Translations under genes and position numbers: made by a program | Assembly: GCA_977017645.1 (NCBI GenBank) | Contig: OZ360242.1 | Location: forward strand, 28,644,001-28,708,000 | DNA length: 64,000 nucleotides | From: Torpedo marmorata | Lineage: Eukaryota | Reading direction: 5' to 3' | The notes under the pieces: generated by a model | Told to the model about the DNA's origin: nothing | Databases searched by the model: none | Seen by the model: the letters and a program-made list of their open reading frames with translations, nothing else | Shown here: piece by piece, positions 27,301 through 42,300 of the stretch | Position numbering within the stretch: position 1 is the first letter of the stretch | How the letters are laid out: each line of letters starts with the position of its first letter

Positions 27301-30300
27301 TACACAATATCCACTGCTTCTCTCCTGTCTATCCTGTTTGTTATCTCCTCAAAGATTTGTAGTAGGTTTGTCAGACATGATTTTCCTTTAAGGAATCCAT
27401 GCTGATTTGGACCTATCTTGTGATGCTCCTCTAGGTGCACTGTAACCTCATCTTTGACAATTGATGCCAACATCTTCTCAACCACCGACGTCAGACTAAT
27501 AGGTCTATAGTTTCCTTTCTGCTGCCTCCTTCCCAAACAGCGGAGTGATATTCGCGATTCTCCAGTCCTCTGGAACCATGCCAGAATCCATTGATTCCTG
27601 GAAGATCATTACCAATGCCTCCACAATCTCTGCAGCAACCTCCTTCAGAACTCGAGGGTGCATTCCATCCGGTCCGGGAGACCTATCTATCCTTAGACCA
27701 TTTAGCTTCCCAAGTACCTTCTCTCTCGTGATCTTGACAGCACTCACTTCACTTCCCATAAACCCTTGAGAGTCCGGTGAGCTACTAATGTCTTCTACTG
27801 TGAAGACTGATCCAAAATATTCATTCAGTTCCTCTACCATCTCCTTGACTCCCATTACAATCTCTCCATTTTCTAATGGTCCTATGTCTACTCTTGTCTT
27901 TCTTTTGCTCTTTATATACTTAAAAAAGCTTTTATACTACAATTCCCTGAAGTCACATTGTACCCGAAAGTTACTAATGTTTGAAAATACACAAAATGTT
28001 TACACATACAAAATGTGGACACATACCTTGAAGCATTAAAATTTGGATTGTTTTTAACCAGTAGGTTAATATAGGCCGTTGAGACTTCATCCATTAATGT
28101 CACGTTTTCTAGAAGTTCCAGGGTTTCTGGATTTGCTGCAAACTCTTGAAGCTATTGAGAGGTTGAGAGAAATTAGAAATATTTACCTCACGTGGTTTGT
28201 GAAATGAAATTTAAATTCACACAGCCATCAGTAAGGAGACAGCTAGAAGGTTGACACACGTCAGATATAAAACATTTTGGTGCTCGGCTCTGCACCTTCC
28301 TGGCAACACCTACACAAACATGTGAATCATCATTCTCTGATATCAAATCATCCAGCAAACAGCTACAATGTCATCCTGGCAATTCCTGGACCAAAAAAGG
28401 GGCTTCCTATAAATTTGCACATTTGCTTTGTGGAATCAAGAGGACCATGTGTATGCATGCAATGGATTGTTTTGGAACAGCTATTCTCAATGGGGACCAT
28501 ACACTGGGGACCACAGCATATTTAAGTGGGGCCGTGGAGTGAAATCATAAAATATTTTTTACATTTTTTTATGTAATCGGTAGGCGAGAAGTATGGAAAA
28601 GCCAAGTAAATGTGACTGCTTCACAGAGAATGGGGCTCATAAACTATGAGCATGAGCAGAGTCCTTAGGGGGCCATAGCCAAAAACAAGGTTTAAAATGG
28701 TTGGTTTAGAGCACAACAACCAGTTTTCGTATTATATAATTTCTTGCAGGTTTGCTGCCGATAGAGTTGGTGAAGAGCTCCTTATTCACCTCAAGATTCT
28801 TTTAAGCAGAAGTAGTGGCTGATAGGTGCCACATATTAAAATTCACTGCTCATTAGGTTGCCTTCACAGAGGCAATCTACTCAGGGAATTCATCTCCTTT
28901 TGAGTTGGGAGGTAAAAGCATCATTTGCACATGGATTAATTTACGGAGGAGACCTCCTGATGTTCAGGAAGTGAAAATATGGATACAAGTCATGATCACT
29001 GCTCTTTCTATAGGGATGGATGTGACTTCGATCACAGCCAGTTACACTCAGTTGGTGCCAAGGACTCCTCGTCTATCTCACACAGATCACCCGCACAATT
29101 CCAGCATACATTTCAAGCACTCGCAAATTTCCAAGTCAAGATTCTTCTTTCAATTTACTTGAATGCTAATTCTAAAATCATAATAAAAAGTATTTACCAG
29201 TGCTTCATTATCAGAGAACGATTGAAGATCAGAGAGTGATGCTTGACTCAAATACAGTCCCAGATATTGAGAAAACCAAGCAGTGGAGTTCAGGACGGGA
29301 TCGCTTGCATTGTAACATTTTGGTTTGGGATCTGTAATGCAATGTGGGTAAAACACTTTAGTGATAGGAAGGTACTTACCATAAAATGTAATGGACCTTA
29401 TGTCTCAACTTAACTGTTTCATTTACCAGCCTATCTATCTTTATAACCCTAGCATCTGATATTCCCTTCACTGTCATGAAAGCCACTTGGGGTAGAAAAC
29501 ATCAATAATCCTTTAATAGCTGTCCAGCTGCTCTCTGCACATCGCGTTTGACTAAGGATAAGAAATAGGAACGGAGAAATCTATGACAATAATAAAAATA
29601 TGGTTTGAGATGCACTTTCAGAATACATTTTAATTGATAATAGAATATTCACATGGAATTCTTATTACAAATGCTGTTTCTATTCTGAATGTTGAGAACT
29701 AAAAATGACGACATGGGAAATGGATTTTGTGGAGTAGCTTTCTGTCAATTCCAAAACTTTTAACATTTCGTGGAAACGGATTCAAATAAATTCAAGCGGT
29801 GATTTGCCAACAACTGACATGCAGTTTATTCCACTTTCAACCGGAAACATCCAAACACCTGACTATTCAAAAATCTTTCCTCACAAAACAGAACTTACAT
29901 GGTGAATTAATGCAATTAGATGTCCCAACTATCCTTCATATTCCATGCCATTCGCCACAGGAAATCTAAAACATTGTGCTATCTTAACTATCTTTTTTAA
30001 CAAAATGGATTACTCAAACATGACCACCATTAGATCTGCTGCTTACCATTTTTCCAAGTTTCTCGCCTCTTTAAAGAAATATCCTTTCTTGGGATGTAAT
30101 TTCCAAGATCCAAGAGCCTTTGTATGTTGAGCATCAACGAATGATTCAACCACAGACTGCATTGCAGTTATCTTTCAACCTGCATCTACCAGTCATCTAC
30201 TCATGAAGCAATTCTATCGCAGCGTAGGCACCATTTTACATTCTCCCTCTTCTCATCTAAAAAACTCACATTAACTGCAAGCCTACTTTTGTAACTTTAG

Positions 30301-33300
30301 AATAAAACAAATTACTCCACCTTGCAGCAGGTAAGTTCTGATCCCATTGTAGATTTCGGTCTGTTTTTCTGAGCTCAACTTCGGGTAATGGACATTCAGT
30401 GCTTTCACACTAAAGGTGAAATTAAATAATAAATTATTCCTTTTGATATCAAATTAAATTGCAGTGAAGCTGACTTAAAACAAAATCATTTAAGTGGGGA
30501 AAATGATAAAGTACACACTCATACAGTCAAGAATACCCGCACATATTCATTCTTGCACGCTCATGCACACTTATGTGCACATACAATAAGGAGATATACT
30601 CACACTGAGGAAACACACAATGCTAATCACACACAGAACTGATGCACTACAGCAAATTAAGAAGTCTGGCCTTAAATTCATCTCAAAAATTTGTTTCAGT
30701 TTGCGATATTGAAATCTTACCACAGCAAGTAATTGTAGAAGTATTACGGTGTTATGACAATGGATAATTTATTTCAAAAATTAATTATCCACGCACTCAC
30801 TCATTTAACAATTGGAAAGGACGATTTAATTCATTAATGCAATAACATGCTTGGGCCAATGTGGGATATATTGGAAATATATGTGGAAATAATTGATTGA
30901 CGTTGAGCCAAATTCAAGCAGCAGTAAGTCTGAGGAATAGATCAGATGAAACCATAATAATAAATAATAAACTACTGCTCGGTAACAAAGGATTAATGGT
31001 GGTTTAGGAAACATTAGCCTCATAATTATTCATTAACCTTGCACAATTGGTGTTGTGGGAAAAAATAACCTTGAGTCAGCATAATATGGGTATTTTCCCA
31101 GCTCTAATGAGAAGTACCATAAGTTCTATTCATCCTTCCACAGAAAATGAATTTCATCTGCATTTTCTGCTTTTATGTTTTGATTTTTTGCGGGTGACTT
31201 TAGAAACATTACGATAAAACTAAACCAGGAGATCGCTCATTTTTCTGTGGATACCTTTCAAGGTGAGCAGTGAAACGTTTAGGGGAGTTGTCAGAGGCAA
31301 GTTTTATTTTTAAACAGAGAGAGTGGTGGGTGCCTGGAATGCATTGCCAGGGGTAATGGTGGAAGCTGATACAATGGGGACATTTAAAAGACTAAGACAC
31401 ATGGATGTCAGAAAAAGAGCGGATTATGGGTATGAGGTAGGGAAGGATTAGATTGTTGTGGAGTAGTTTTACATGAGTCGGCACAACATTGTGGGCCAAA
31501 GGGCCTGTGTTGTGATGTTCTTTGTTCTCTACCTGCATGTCTATTTTTGCTGCTGAACATTGCTGTGATGTCTTTTCTGATAAAATGTGGCGTGCTATCG
31601 TGTGTCCTGTATGGCTTTGAATAACTGAATTTAACAGGAAATAGCCTGAAATTCTAGACATTTTCATTCAGTTTAGAAATATACATACATTCTTCTGTAG
31701 GGAAGGCAGGAGACACTGAGGGTGCGATTGGAAACCAAAAGGCGTGTGGTAATAAATGGCAGATATGGGGCCAGTCTGACATTAAGCCATTCATCCACCT
31801 CTGCATCTGTGAGTTCAGAGAGACCTTCAGTAAACCAAATCCACACACCCTCCAGAACAGCAGCCAAAAGATTCCTCTGAAAAAGGAAAAGGAAATGTTG
31901 TTGATTTAAAACGATATACCCGATATCTTATCCGTTTACATCAATTCCCACAGCCTGGCCTCTGGCATTTCTGAAACAATTAGACTCAACAGTGAACATC
32001 ACAGTACGACTTGGAGGGGATAAAGCTGGCAATCTCTGATACTGATTAACAATTGTAATCTAGAACCCCATCCTTGCAACACTGGTGAATTATCTTGTAC
32101 AGTTGTAAACCCACTATTATTATTGATCAGTTATAGGACTAAATGTAGATATGACAAAGTCAGGCAAAAGATTTGAAAACTCATTAGATGGGATATAGGC
32201 ATTTCAATGATTATTGTTGTAATGCTTCAGTGTTTAATCACTGGAAGAGCTTATGAATGTGAAATGAACAAGCAATAGACAATAGGTGCAGGAGTAGGCC
32301 ATTTGGCCCTTCGAGCCAGCACCGCCATTCACTGTGATTATGGCTGATCATCCACTATCAGTACCCCGTTCCTGCCTTCTCCCCATATCCCTTGACTCTG
32401 CTATCTTTAAGAGCTCTATCTCACTCTTTCTTGAAAGCATTCAGAGAATTGGCCTCCACTGCCTTCTGAGGCAGAGCATTCCACAGATCCACAACTCTCT
32501 GGGTGAAAAAGTTTTTCCTCAACTCCGTTCTAAATGGCCTACCCCTTATTCTTAAACTGTGGCCTCTGGTTCTCGACTCCCCCAACATCGGGAACATGTT
32601 TCTTGCCTCTAGTGTGTCCAATCCCTTAACAATCTTATATGTTTCAATCAGATCCCCTCTCATCCTTCTAAATTGCAGTGTATACAAGCCCAATCACTCC
32701 AATCTTTCAACATAGGACAGTCCTGCCATCCTGGGAATTAACCTCGTGAAGCAGTAAATTTAACAACCGTGCTCCATTATATTTACAATTTCCTTGCTAT
32801 ACATATTGCTCTGTTTATTATGGTCGTGCTGTCCCATTAATGAAGCACTTTGACATCATGAAACTACTCGAATGGTACAGAATACTTGCACAATGTTCTG
32901 TTACATTGAACACATTTTGGGACAACACTTTAGGAACTGAGAAAAGGAAATAACAGTTGCAACTTACATCTCGGGTTGCATTGGCGAAAGCATCTAAAAA
33001 CCTCGTTAGATTTTGGACGGGTTTAATTTTGAGCACCACCTTTGTTAAAATATCGCGGTCATCAACGAATCCCGGAGTACTCAGTAGGTTGGCCAATTCA
33101 TTTAGATCAATACTATTCAGCACCTGAAAAGACACAAAGGGGAATTTCTGAATTCTACAGGAATAACTGAACACAAACGAGGCAAAACAAATGAAAGCGT
33201 GCTCAACACCCATGCCAAAAATCTTTTGCTTTTGTTTGATTTTCTGTAGTAGTCATGTTACATCATGAACAACTTGGAATTTCACCTGAAAGAGAATCAG

Positions 33301-36300
33301 AAATGATTCAACTCCATTCCTGCTTTTCCCACATACCCCTAGATCTCTTTAGCCTTCAGAACCAGATTTAACTCTTTCTTAAATTATATTAATGATTTAG
33401 CTTTAACTGCTCTTTGCAATAGAGAATTCCACAGATTCATTGCGATCCTCAACTCAATTTTAAGTGGCCTTCTCCATTTTCCTCAATCTTAAGTTACAGG
33501 TTCTGGAGTTCTCACCATTGGGAACATCCTTCCTGCATCTAGACTGTCCACTGCAGGCAGGAGTTTAGTTATGTCTCTCCGAAGTGTATTCATTATTTCA
33601 TTGTGAGCACAGCCACCACCAATGTGTTTTTTTTCCAATCCTCTCTGCAATCACTCTTCCATTCTCCAAAAGAGTCCTTCTGTCACTCTATTGCCCACTT
33701 TGTCTCTCTCTATGAGTTTAGTCTGGAGCTTTACCTGCTGTCTTTCTATCTTATCATCTGGTGATTCAAAACCAATGAATGAGCATCACCCTTGTTACCT
33801 TAAATAAATATTTCTCATCTCTATTTACTCTGCAGAAGGTCATGGATGCAAGGAAATTCAAGGAAGTGAACAATGAAGTCCTGAAACATTGATGTTATGA
33901 AAGAGGAGGTGCTGGCCGTCTCAAGATGCGTAAAGGTGGATTATTCCCTGAGGCCTGACAAACTGGATCGTATGTCCTTGTGGGAAGCAAGGCAAGAAAT
34001 ACCAAGGGGCTGGTGGATATATTTATATGCTCTTTAGCCATAGTTGAGCTACTGAAAGTCTGGATGATGGCCAATGCTGTGCCTTTATACAAGAAGAACT
34101 GCAAGGACTGTAATGATAGAGTGCTAGTGATAATCCTGACCACAAGAGGGAGTCGGAGACGAGTTATTGCAGCTCGGAGTAGATTCAAAATGGATCCCTC
34201 CACGAGGTCGTGAGTATTATAGCTAATAAAGTATAGTTGTTATAAAAGAACCCAAGTTTCTTTATGACAATAAAAGAAACATCACATGGTACCAGGAGTG
34301 GGGTAAACACTAGGAGTGTGCAGAGTGAGAATCAGTCAATAGCAGCAGAAAACATGGAGAGTGTAAAGGCTCCTGACGCTGTCAATTGGACTGGAAATGT
34401 CGATCACGAGTGGAGGTTGTTCAAACAGTGATTTATGCTGTACCTGTAAGCCATTGGACTCGATAGCAAACCTGATGCACGGAAGAATGCACTGCTACTT
34501 ACCGTGGCGGGACCTCAAGCACTAGAGGTTTTCAACACATTTGTTTTTGCCGAGGCAGCTGACCAGGGCAAGTTCGACAAGGTTACCTCTTGAACGTTTC
34601 ATTTTTCTTTTACTGTTCACCAGAGAAAAATTAAACGTTCAAGAGGTAAGTGTTTCGCTTGCGCACTCAGCTGCAGGGAGAAAGCTTTGATACTTTTTTA
34701 ACGGACTTGAAATTAAAAGCAGGAACATGCAATTTTGGACAGCTGCAAGATTGAATGATCCGTGATCAAATTGTGTTCAGGATTATTGATAAGTGAGAGA
34801 GAGGTTGCTGTGAGAGACAGAGCTTACCTTAGATGGAGCCGTGAAGATATGCCACGCCAGTGAAATAGCTCAGCAGCACGTGAGAAAGTTTGGTTATAGT
34901 GCAAAAGCCAGTGCAAATGAAGGCACAGCCGTAGCCACAGTGTCTGGACACACACAGAAACAAAAAACGAGAAATAGGAAACAACAAAAAGGTGGAGAGA
35001 CATTCAATTGTAAACGATGTGGCACTCAGCATGTACCAAAACAATGCCCAGCCTATGGAAAAGTCTGTAATAAGTGCAAAGGGCAGAATCATTACGCAAA
35101 GCAATGTTTTTCCAAAGGGAAACAAAACAGAAGTGAAAGTGTGCACACTATACACACTATAGAAGAAACTGCTCTCAGTGATGCACTCTTCTTTTGCATG
35201 GTAGTGCAGAAAGACTATAAACCAACAGACACTGAACAGCCAAGCATGAACAGAGTCGAGCAGGATAAGTGGACTGTGTCATTACATACAAATGGAACAA
35301 ATATTCCTTTCAAGCTGGACATAGGGGCAAAGGTCAATTTGATCTGTGAGAGCGATAAAAGGGCAATGAAGATAAAGCCATACATCCATGCAAATCCTGT
35401 ACAGCTCAAAGCCTACAATGGACAGAGCATCGACACGAAAGGTACATGTAAACTCAAGGTGAAAGTTCAAGATAAAGAGCACCACCTCAGGTTCACAGTA
35501 GCCCCAGATGGACATGAATCATTGCTTGGTGACAAAGCATGTGAAAACTTAAGCCTAGTCAAGAGGGTGTACCACAATAACAGCGACAATGCACGGAACA
35601 GCATAGAGGAAATACTGGATCAATTTCCAGACATCTTCAAGGGGTTTGGAGTTCTACCATTCACCTATAAGATACAGTTAAAAGACGACACACAGCCAGA
35701 AGGGCATGCCACGAGGCGGGTTCCAGCGCTACTAAAAGAAAAGCTCAAGCAGGAACTCGACCGAATGACAGCATGAGGGGTCATAAAGAAAGTGGAAGAG
35801 CCCACAGAATGAGTGAATTCAATGGTGTGTGTCAAAAAGAAGAACGGTGACCTACGCGTGTACATGGACCCAAAAGACTTGAATGCCAATATAAAGAGAG
35901 AACATTATCAGATTCCAACCAGGGATGAAATTACAAGGAAAATGGGCAGTGCAAAGTTTTTCACTAAATTGGATGCATCCCAGGGCTCCTGGCAAATAAA
36001 ACTGCACGAAGATAGCACAAAATACTGTACATTTAAAACATCGTTTGGCCGATACTCCTGTCTGAGGATACCTTTTGGAATTTCCTCAGCTCTGCAAGTG
36101 TTCCACAGAACAATGGGGCACATCATAGAAGGCATAAATGGGTTAGGTGTGTACATTGATGACATGATCCTATGGGGTCCACACAAGAACAACACAATGA
36201 GAGGCTCATCAAAGTGCTACAACGCATCCAGAAGTATGGGTTAAAGCTAAACAGAGCAAAATGTCAGTTTGGTGTGAAGGAAATCACCTTTTTGGGAGAT

Positions 36301-39300
36301 AAACTGTCAGAGGCTGGTGTGGAGCCTGCTGAAAACACAAGAAACACTGCAGGAACAGACAAATGCAGAGGATCCAGCCTGCACAGCAACAGAGGTAACA
36401 CCACCAGTGCTCGACAGTAGTGGACCAGCAGAGCCGACACAAGCACCTGTGCTAAGAAGATCCACATGCGTTATCAAAGCACCTGACAGACTGAATCTCT
36501 CAAAGAAAATGAAATGCACACTCAAAAAGTATGTTCTGCTGATGTTTGTGTTTACGTTTGTGTTGAACTTTAACTTGAAATGAATACTGTATTAGTGTGT
36601 CATGTTGTTAGATTAAACATCTCAAGGAAAGGGGATGTAATGATAGAGTGCTAGTGATAATCCTAACCACTAGAGGGAGTCGGAGATGAGTTGTTGCAGC
36701 GAGGAGTAGATTCAAGATGGATGCCTCCACGAGGTTGTGAGTACCATAGCCAATAAAGTATAGTTGTTATAAAAGAACCCAATTTTCTTTATTACAATAA
36801 AAGAAACATCACAAGGACAAGTCAGGGAACTACACACTGATCAGCCTAGCATCAGTGGTGGAAAGGTTCCTGGAGAGGATTCTGAGAAATGGGAATATCT
36901 GGATTCAGGATTTAGTGCACCCTTCCATATCCACATCGCAGTTATCATATGGTTTGCTAAGTCACTTCAGAGTCAACAACAGTGGGCATGGAGTCACATA
37001 AAGATGTCCTCACTTGAAGGGTCAAAGAGAAGAGAGGTAAACAGGAGATTTCTAACTGTCAATTCATCATTATTGTGTCTTTTTTCAACAAGATAATTGA
37101 CTGGAGGTGAATTTAAACAACCTCGGGGTGAGTAGACCAGGGAAGAACTGCTGCACCTTTTGCATCACACTTAAATTATGGGGTGGTGGATGAGATGAAA
37201 TTTTGCAGGACACTTGCTCGAATCTGGTTTGGGGTTGTTGACAACGTTGAGGTGCTCCCTTAACAATCCTTCCCCCTGCATTAAAAATAACAATCTTGAA
37301 TTACACCACACTCAGAAGAGAGTTTGCGTGACAATGTTTGGCAGTTAAGCTTTGGTTTGTGGTAATATTCCTGTCTCTGACATGGAAATTCTAAGATTCA
37401 CACACATGTCCATACAGTCCCAGTGAGTGGAATCAAATTATTTGAAAACTTTAATGGAATTCTCTTGCCTGATAAGGATGGGTGGTCCTCGCCCATTTTT
37501 TGGGTTGTAGACGACTTTTAAACAATTTTGCTGCCTGAGAGAAATACTACCATCAGCTGGTGTTGAGATGCTTCGTCCATGCAAGGATCGGAGAATTTTG
37601 GTTTGGCCCACCAGCTTGTGAACCTATTTGGATGTTTACACAGTTCTCAAAGGAGAGAGTAATTTTACTATTTGTTGAATATCATGCGAACAAATTGCCT
37701 TTGAGAGCATGGAGAATTAGATGTCAATTAGAAATAGAATAAACCTGGTTATCAAAGAAGATGCTCTTTGGATAGCTGGTACATCTGAGATTGTAGGGAA
37801 AATAACAGAAAAGATTTGTGCTTCACCTGATGACACTTTACATGGTCACCTGGGCAAGCTCTTACCCAAATCCCAAGAAACTCAGCCATTTGTGTAAGAA
37901 AATCATACATTAAATATATCAGAAAGAGCTTTTACCAAATAACTTTTTTTTCTTTTTACCTCGGTTTCCCGATGAGGAGGAATCAGGGAAACTGCATCCT
38001 TCAGAGTTAGAAAGTTGAAGTAATTTTGGAAATAGCTCTTCAGGTATTCAATAAAACTGTTGTTTTCATAACACTGAAGAGGAAATGCTGAAAAACAATA
38101 AATATTCCATTTCTTTTCCATAACCCTATTAACTTAATGGAGATATTAACTATCATAATCATCTCAAATGTCAATTATGCAATGCAGTCTCCAATTCAAA
38201 CAGGCAAGGCTAGAAATTCCAAAACTAAAGAGGCATGTTAAAGGGAAGGCCCATACCAGTTTAGTGCAAGGTGCCTCTTTTACAACATTTTATCAAGCAC
38301 GCAGATCAAGTTGGGTGGGGTGGGGGTTGGGGGAAATAGGCGTTGTGACCCTCACTGATCTTGATATTTAGCCCTGAACAAGGAAATCAGTTGGCAGACT
38401 CAACCAGGAGATTGAAGGTCAGGAAAAATGGGAGGAGTGGTTGGTACTGGAACACCCAAATGTGAAGACATGTGTTTGGAGTGATGGAAAGATCAGATTT
38501 CTCCAGGAGGTCTACAGCTGTTGCTACATAGCTCTGAAACAAGTGCTAATTCCCTTATTTAATTTTTTTTTTTAGAGATACAACACGGTAACAGGCTCTT
38601 CCAACCCATGATCCCGTGCCGCCCAAATGCACCAGTTATCCTAAAAAATCCACGTTTCTGGAATGTGAGAGGAAACGGGGCACCCGGAGGAATTTCACTG
38701 GGAGAACGTACAAACTCCTTACAGACAGCACCAGATTCAAACCCTTCTTGCAGTTGTGGATAAGCCTTGCTTCCTGTTTGTCCAATATGGTGGATTGCAA
38801 ACTTGCAGTTGGAAGTCACATTCCCTGCCCTTCTTTTTAGAAGTGTTAGTGGCTGCAGAGCCTTTTAAAAATGTGACCTGCGTGATGGAATTTAACCCAT
38901 TGGTTCTGAGGAGTGCCGAGAAGAATAAACACACATGATCGATATTACAGTATAATACTGAGGACTGAGAGCATTATTAGAGAGTTAGAACATAGGAAAA
39001 ACACCTGAGTTCAAACTACCATGAAGACAAACAATGTTCATACCTTCCGAGTTAATCAATATGGCTTCATATACATCTTCCTGAACACTCCTGTTCAGCT
39101 GGTTTTTGACTGTGCTCAGTGCTGAAATTCTACAAAAAAAAAATAAATGGATGAGATACATGGATCACTATTATGTATTGCAATGTTCACATAACAACAG
39201 ACATTTCACAGATTTGAAGTTCTGGTTAGGGTTCATGCAATAGGAACAATGACTGGGAATTTTTACTTGGAGGTCATCAGGTATCAGAGGACAATTCTGT

Positions 39301-42300
39301 TCATTAATTTTATTGCATGGAAAATCCAGCAGGCACTAGCACACACACATCAATGCCAACAGCAAAATAATCACTAAATCCATCAGTTCACACAGAACTG
39401 GCTCATTTCTCTGAATATTTTCATTCTTAGCAAAGCAATCTTCTATCGATACAAGCAAAACTCCAAGCTGTCTGATGCGCCCATCAATAACTTCAAAAGA
39501 CTAGAAGTTGTACTTGAACTGAAAGGCTTTTTATTAGCAATAGAATGGAGCCACGTCCATGTTGGTTATCTGTCCTGGACTGGGGGAGGAGCAGTGGCAC
39601 AATCGCCTTTATTCAGGGGGTCTGTGGGAGGAGCTACAGGAACAGTCAGCAGAGGGCATGTCCTGACATCTTACCAAGCCACAACCTATATACAGTGGTT
39701 TACCACACTGTCCGTACATTCACACATCTGGTACAATCAGACCCCTTATGGCTTTCAACACTTCAACACCAGTATCTTGTCATGTAAATGCTACGTGACA
39801 ATCTGGACCATTCCCAACTGAGCCTCGTGCTGCAGTGATTTGAGAGCTTAATTTTTCTAATTGTCAGGAGCAACAATGCAATTGCAATGGAGCACAGGCT
39901 TCAAGGCTGCCTTTGAATCTGACTGAGTGCAAAACATTGTGGAGCTGAATCCATCTTTTTCCAAACAGGAAGCAACCAGGACCAGACAATGCAAGGAAAA
40001 GACCAAAGTCTTTAATTTCAGATACTCTTCACTGCAACAAAAAGACTTGGTATTCCATTTGATAATTCCCTAGCAATTCAAAACTTACATGATTTGAAGC
40101 CCTTCACAGTTCTCGGTGACAAAGATTAAGGGCAATGTGTTTTCTGTGAGCCCTGGAAGTAAATCCTGCAACCTTCTGTCAAACCAGACTTGAAGTTCAG
40201 TGTCATTGGCATTTGAAAGAATTGGCTGTGTGCGGTTCAGAATTTCTTGCAGTAATGTTGTTCTGACATCAGGAGTGAAAGTCACATTATTCTGAAAAAA
40301 AAAGTTCCAGGGGTGAGTGATTGTGGTTGGGTGAAGGAAGGGGATATGGGGGCAGGAAGGGGAGTGGTGGCGTGGGGAAACATATGACTCCAACACAATA
40401 ACATCAGTAGTGATGAAAACAGTTTTCACATTAGCCTACTTTGCAGCAAATATATTCTGCAGAAAATGCAACGTACTCTACATTGAGAATTTTCTGAACA
40501 CAGCTTGAAGATCTTAATTTTATTGAAAGAAAGGCAATAATTCTCTGACGCAATGAACAAACTAGTAGAATCAAGATTACTGAAGTTTCTCTGACATGCT
40601 TGGTACTCATGTGATGAATTCAATGTCAGCCTAATGTGAAGTGAAGCAGTGTCCTACCTTGCGGCTCGCTATGTTAAACCTTTCGATGAACTGGACCACA
40701 GTGTCAGTGGTGATGCTGTTGAAAATCTTCTGAACATCATCAGCATTACGCAATGTTCCATTCTTACCAGCAAAATCGCCCAGTTGGGAAGGTGTCAATA
40801 ATTCCGCTGCATCAAGCTGTTGAAACAATATTATAACTTCACCCTCTGCTAAGATCAATGCAAGTACAAACTGTTCGGTACTTATTTACATTTCATGTTA
40901 TCTTCTACCCATTTGGAATCAGTTGTTTTTAACTGCAAGATCATTTTGGTAGAAAATTCATTTTGGACCAAAGTTCACTGCGAACAAATCAATGAAAAAT
41001 TAACCAACGAGAGGTTGGAGGAACTCAGCAGGTCAGGCAACATCCGTGGAGAGAAATAGTCAGTTGCACCTCCATTAGTAACTAATAATTCCAATTCAGT
41101 CTGTCTTGGTAAGATCAAACCGCGGCCCAACCTTTCCCCTAAAAACGCCCTAATTTGATAATAAGCAAAGATTGTATTATTTGCTACACTAAATTTATCT
41201 TCCATTCTCTGAAACGTAATAAATTTACCAGCTTCAAAACAATCATTTATTTCCTTAATTCCCTTTTGGTACCAAATTTTAAATAGTTGATTATCAACAG
41301 TAAATGGAATAAGTTCATTTTGATATGGAGGCATTCTTCGAGAAATTGATCCTTTCGCTCCTATTTCTCTATCCACTCTATTCCATATTTCTAACAAGTG
41401 CCTAAAAATAGGAGAATTTTTCCCTCTTGTTAATAATAATTTAGAATTCCATTTATAAATGACTTCTTCTTTCAAATCCTCTCCTATATTATTTAATTCT
41501 ATTCTCATCCAAGCAGAGAGCTTCCCTAAATCAAACAATTCGTTAATCAATTTTAGTTGGGCTGCTTTATAATAATATTGAAAATTAGGAAGCTTTAGAC
41601 CACCCATTTCGTAGTTCCAGGTTAATTTCTCCAATCCTACTCTCGCCAACTTTCCTTTCCACAAAAATGTCCTAATAATTAAATTTAAATCCTTAAAAAA
41701 CTTCTGAGGGATTTCATAGGGAATTGATTGAAAAAGATACTGAATTCTTGGAAAAACGTTCATTTTAATACAATTTACCCTTCCCATTAAAGTTATAGGC
41801 AAATCCTTCCATCTCTCCAAATCCATTTTTATATTCACACATGGTTTTGTCCAAAAGTTTATGATTTTTGGTTGAAAGTTAAAAAATTTTTAGATAAAGT
41901 ATTAGGAACTGCACTTCCAATGGATCCGATGATATTTTTGTTTGGAGATATTGAAGGAACCAGTGTTGGAGAGAAATTGAATATGTACCAGACGGAGTTT
42001 TTGCGTGTTTCTTTGGCCGTTTCTAAGAAATGTATTGCCACTACATGGAAGTCGGATGTAGATTTGGGGATGGAAAGATGGCACGCAGAATTGCGTTCTT
42101 GCATACCACTCGAAAAAATTACATATAATTTACGTGATAAGTATCATTTCTTTTTGGAAGTATGGAGCCCATATATAAAAATTGTGGGTTTAAGGATTTG
42201 AAGATCTCTGGACATCGGGTCTGGCTGGCGAGCCTATCCTCCACAATAAGATCAGTTTATAGTTGTTCTTTTTAGATTGACATTCTCCTTACCCTATCCT

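Noticed and set aside
28480-28710. Possible hAT-like MITE remnant
   Set aside because: The termini are too degenerate and I could not identify a target duplication.
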